Assembly (NCBI GenBank): GCA_963790795.1
Contig: CAWBPO010000001.1
Span: forward strand, 140,073 to 204,072
From: an uncultured bacterium
Lineage (GTDB): Bacteria; Patescibacteriota; Minisyncoccia; Minisyncoccales; RBG-13-42-11
Length of the DNA stretch: 64,000 nucleotides
Direction of reading: 5' to 3'
The notes beneath the pieces are model-generated. The model worked only from the letters and a program-made list of their open reading frames with translations, made no database searches and was not told where the DNA came from. Position 1 is the stretch's first letter. Each line of letters begins with the position of its first letter. Positions 61,588 through 64,000 of this stretch are shown in pieces. A program made the position numbers and the translations under genes.

Positions 61588-61627
61588 GAAGATAATTTAT
61601 CTAGAATATGAAAAGAAGAAGAAAAGC

Positions 61628-62887
61628 ATGAAAGAATTAATCAAAAAAATCACGCCTTCTTTTTTAATTAATTGGTATCATTTTTTGCTCGCTTTTCTGG
61701 GCGCTCTTTTATATCGTTTTCCCGGTAAGAAAATGATAATTATCGCTATAACCGGCACTAAAGGGAAATCAACGGTCGTAGATTTTTGCCATCGCATTTT
61801 TCATGAAGCAGGCTTTAAAACCGCTTCTCTTTCTTCAATAAGGTTTAAGATAAACAACAAGGAAAGACCGAACCTTTTGAAAATGACAATGCCGGGTCGC
61901 TTCCAAATCCAGAGATTTTTAAGGGAGGCATTGAACTGCGGCTGCAAATATGCAATTTTAGAAGTGACTTCAGAAGGAATTTTGCAGTACCGCCACAGAT
62001 TTATTGATTTTAAAACAGCGGTTTTTACCAATTTAGCGCCAGAACACATTGAAAGACACGGCAGCTTTGAAAATTACAGAAAAGCCAAGGGACAGCTTTT
62101 TAAAAACGTCAAAAAAATACATATTGTCAATTTAGACGATGAAAATGCAGAATATTTTTTAAAATTCCCTGCTGAACAGAAATATCTTTATTATATTAAA
62201 AACAAAAAGCAGGAAATCAAGCTTATTGATAAAAACTCAAAAACTTTAAAAGAAATTAAGGATATCGGGATTGATTTGAAATTATTGGGGCAATTTAATC
62301 TTTATAATTCTTTGGCGGCAATCTGTACAGGGCTTTCAGAAGGGATTAATCTGCAAAGCTGCAAGGCGGTTTTGGAAAAGATTGAAAAGATGCCAGGTAG
62401 AATGGAAATTGTTATTAAAGAGCCGTTTAAAGTGATTGTTGATTATGCTCATACTCCTGATGCTCTTGAAAAAGTTTATCTGTCTTTAAAAGAAAAAAGA
62501 TTAATCTGTCTTCTTGGTTCAGCTGGCGGCGGGAGAGACAAATGGAAGAGGCCAAAAATGGGAGAAATTGCCGCCAGTCACTGCGACCAGATTATTCTGA
62601 CTGACGAAGATCCGTATGACGAAGATCCGAAGAAAATTTTAGAGGAAGTTTTTTCCGGGATTGCAAGTTCAAAACTGAAAAAGCAAGATTCAAAAGTTTT
62701 CAAGATTTTGGATCGCCGTGAAGCGATTAAAAAATCATTAAAATTAGCGGAAAGAGGCGACACAGTAATAATCACTGGCAAGGGCTGCGAACCCTGGATG
62801 TGCGTGACAAAAGGAGAGAAAATAGCCTGGGATGATAGGCAAATAGTCAGGGAAGAATTTGAACGATTAAAGAAAAAGGAAAAATAA
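61628..62887 (+). CDS. murE: Mur ligase family protein (MurE-like UDP-N-acetylmuramoyl-tripeptide synthetase)
   Basis: ITGTKGKST P-loop, a Mur ligase middle domain (EVTSEG, NLAPEHIERHG) and C-terminal DYAHTPDAL. I set the start at MKELIKK (61628) because the track ATG at 61565 lies in the loop of the upstream terminator. Substrate specificity has not been established. Confidence 0.75.
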   Translation: MKELIKKITPSFLINWYHFLLAFLGALLYRFPGKKMIIIAITGTKGKSTVVDFCHRIFHEAGFKTASLSSIRFKINNKERPNLLKMTMPGRFQIQRFLREALNCGCKYAILEVTSEGILQYRHRFIDFKTAVFTNLAPEHIERHGSFENYRKAKGQLFKNVKKIHIVNLDDENAEYFLKFPAEQKYLYYIKNKKQEIKLIDKNSKTLKEIKDIGIDLKLLGQFNLYNSLAAICTGLSEGINLQSCKAVLEKIEKMPGRMEIVIKEPFKVIVDYAHTPDALEKVYLSLKEKRLICLLGSAGGGRDKWKRPKMGEIAASHCDQIILTDEDPYDEDPKKILEEVFSGIASSKLKKQDSKVFKILDRREAIKKSLKLAERGDTVIITGKGCEPWMCVTKGEKIAWDDRQIVREEFERLKKKEK

Positions 62888-62892
62888 TATAT

Positions 62893-64000
62893 ATGGTCGG
62901 GAAAAAGGATTTTATAGTGAACAAAATGCTCAATATATCGGGCGTACCCGCTATAAAAATAAACGACTATTTATGGGAGATACCGAAAACTTTCCGGTCG
63001 GATATGAAAGTAGCGGCAAGAGTTTATGCTTCTGAGAAGATGCTGGAAGAACTATCCAAAGATGCCTCAATCAGTCAGCTGATTAATGGCGCTTCTTTGC
63101 CCGGTATAGTCAGATACAGTATAGCCATGCCTGATTGTCACGAAGGATACAGCGTGCCCATTGGCTTTGTCGGAGCAATCAAAGCTTCAGACGGCATTAT
63201 TTCGCCTAGTGCTTGCGGATTTGACATAAACTGCGGCATGAGGCTGCTGAAATCAGAATGCGAAGAAAAGGAAGTAAGACCTTATTTGGAAAAATTAGCC
63301 AGCGGTATTCAGGCACAAATTCCTTCTGGCTTAGGTCAAGGAAGGAAGATAAAACTTTCAATCAAGCAGATAGATGAAATCTTGGAGCAGGGAGTTGATA
63401 GTTTGTTGAAACAGGGCTTTGCCGAAAAAGAAGATATTGAAAATTGCGAAGCTTCAGGAAGATTAGCTTTTGCAGATAGTAAAGCAGTTTCAGACCGCGC
63501 TAAAGAACGGGGGAGAGATCAGGTCGGCACTCTCGGCTCTGGCAATCATTTTTTGGAAGTGCAAAAAGTGGAAGAAGTTTTTGACGAAAAAGCAGCTAAA
63601 GCTTTTGGCTTGTTCAAGAATCAAGTTGTCATAATGATTCATACTGGGTCAAGGGCGTTTGGCCATCAAGTTTGTACGGATTACTTAAGAACTATGCTTT
63701 CTGCTATGGAAAAATACAAGATAAAAGTTCCTGAAAAAGAATTTGCCTGCGTTCCTTTTGTTTCTCCTGAAGGCCAGAGATATTTTTCTGCCATGGCTTC
63801 TGCTGCTAATTACGCCTGGGCTAACCGGCAGATGATTTCCCATTTTATCAGGCAGGTTTGGCAAAGTGTTTTAGGGACGAAAGCTTCACCCCTGAATATG
63901 TTGTATGATGTTGCCCATAATATTATTAAGAAGGAAAAGTACGTAATTGAAGGCAAAGAAATTGAAGTTATCGTGCATCGGAAAGGTGCGACAAGAGCTT
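62893..64000 (+). CDS. rtcB: RNA 3'-phosphate ligase RtcB (continues past the window end)
   Basis: Not in the ORF track because it has no stop in the window. My translation is MVGKKDFIVNKMLNISGVPAIKINDYLWEIP...MPDCHEGYSVPIGFVGA...GFDINCGMRLL...GSGNHFLEVQ. Confidence 0.85.
   Translation, partial: MVGKKDFIVNKMLNISGVPAIKINDYLWEIPKTFRSDMKVAARVYASEKMLEELSKDASISQLINGASLPGIVRYSIAMPDCHEGYSVPIGFVGAIKASDGIISPSACGFDINCGMRLLKSECEEKEVRPYLEKLASGIQAQIPSGLGQGRKIKLSIKQIDEILEQGVDSLLKQGFAEKEDIENCEASGRLAFADSKAVSDRAKERGRDQVGTLGSGNHFLEVQKVEEVFDEKAAKAFGLFKNQVVIMIHTGSRAFGHQVCTDYLRTMLSAMEKYKIKVPEKEFACVPFVSPEGQRYFSAMASAANYAWANRQMISHFIRQVWQSVLGTKASPLNMLYDVAHNIIKKEKYVIEGKEIEVIVHRKGATRA

Noticed and set aside
61565-61627. 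Upstream ATG for the Mur ligase ORF (track start 61565)
   Set aside because: That ATG sits in the loop of the strong terminator hairpin, and the extension would read through the U-tract. MKELIKK at 61628 is the plausible start.

Overview
This is a low-GC, tightly packed bacterial window. Its gene content looks like a Candidate Phyla Radiation / Patescibacteria (Parcubacteria-like) genome; that assignment is inference from content, not a database hit. I call about 60 CDSs, 6 tRNAs and no rRNA, CRISPR array, transposase or integrase.

Main blocks:
- A type IV pilus assembly operon (pilM, decayed pilin, pilC, pilB) headed by a histidine kinase and a REC-only regulator (1-5629).
- An RNA-metabolism set: rny, nusA, cca, and rpsO-NYN-pnp.
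- The canonical origin neighbourhood: rpmH-rnpA-yidD-yidC-jag diverging from dnaA-dnaN (32.3-37.1 kb).
- A minimal Gram-positive-style type IV secretion-like locus directly beside the origin (22.9-32.3 kb). It has two pilin-like / Cys-rich fusion proteins, a VirB6-like protein, a PrgI/VirB3-like protein and a VirB4-like ATPase. A VirD4-like coupling ATPase lies 23 kb away (55.1-57.6 kb).

Structure not explained by ordinary genes:
- A 42-nt structured repeat family with compensatory stem changes, in 4 copies.
- Two perfect TTGACA-17-TACAAT promoters, each driving a non-coding structured RNA that ends in an intrinsic terminator (45.8 kb and 61.3 kb). The second carries a 13-codon ORF with a strong SD and sits upstream of a Mur ligase gene.
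- A 127-bp inverted repeat whose internal modules are swapped (47.8 kb).
- A lamin-tail-domain surface gene interrupted by two in-frame stops, each one G-to-A change away from TGG.
- A large repeat-rich surface protein gene broken by a 1-nt deletion inside a 305-bp near-identical duplication.
- An HTH plus LAGLIDADG-like gene wedged between the only two tRNAs here that encode their CCA ends.

All calls come from reading the sequence and the ORF track. No searches or folding programs were run.
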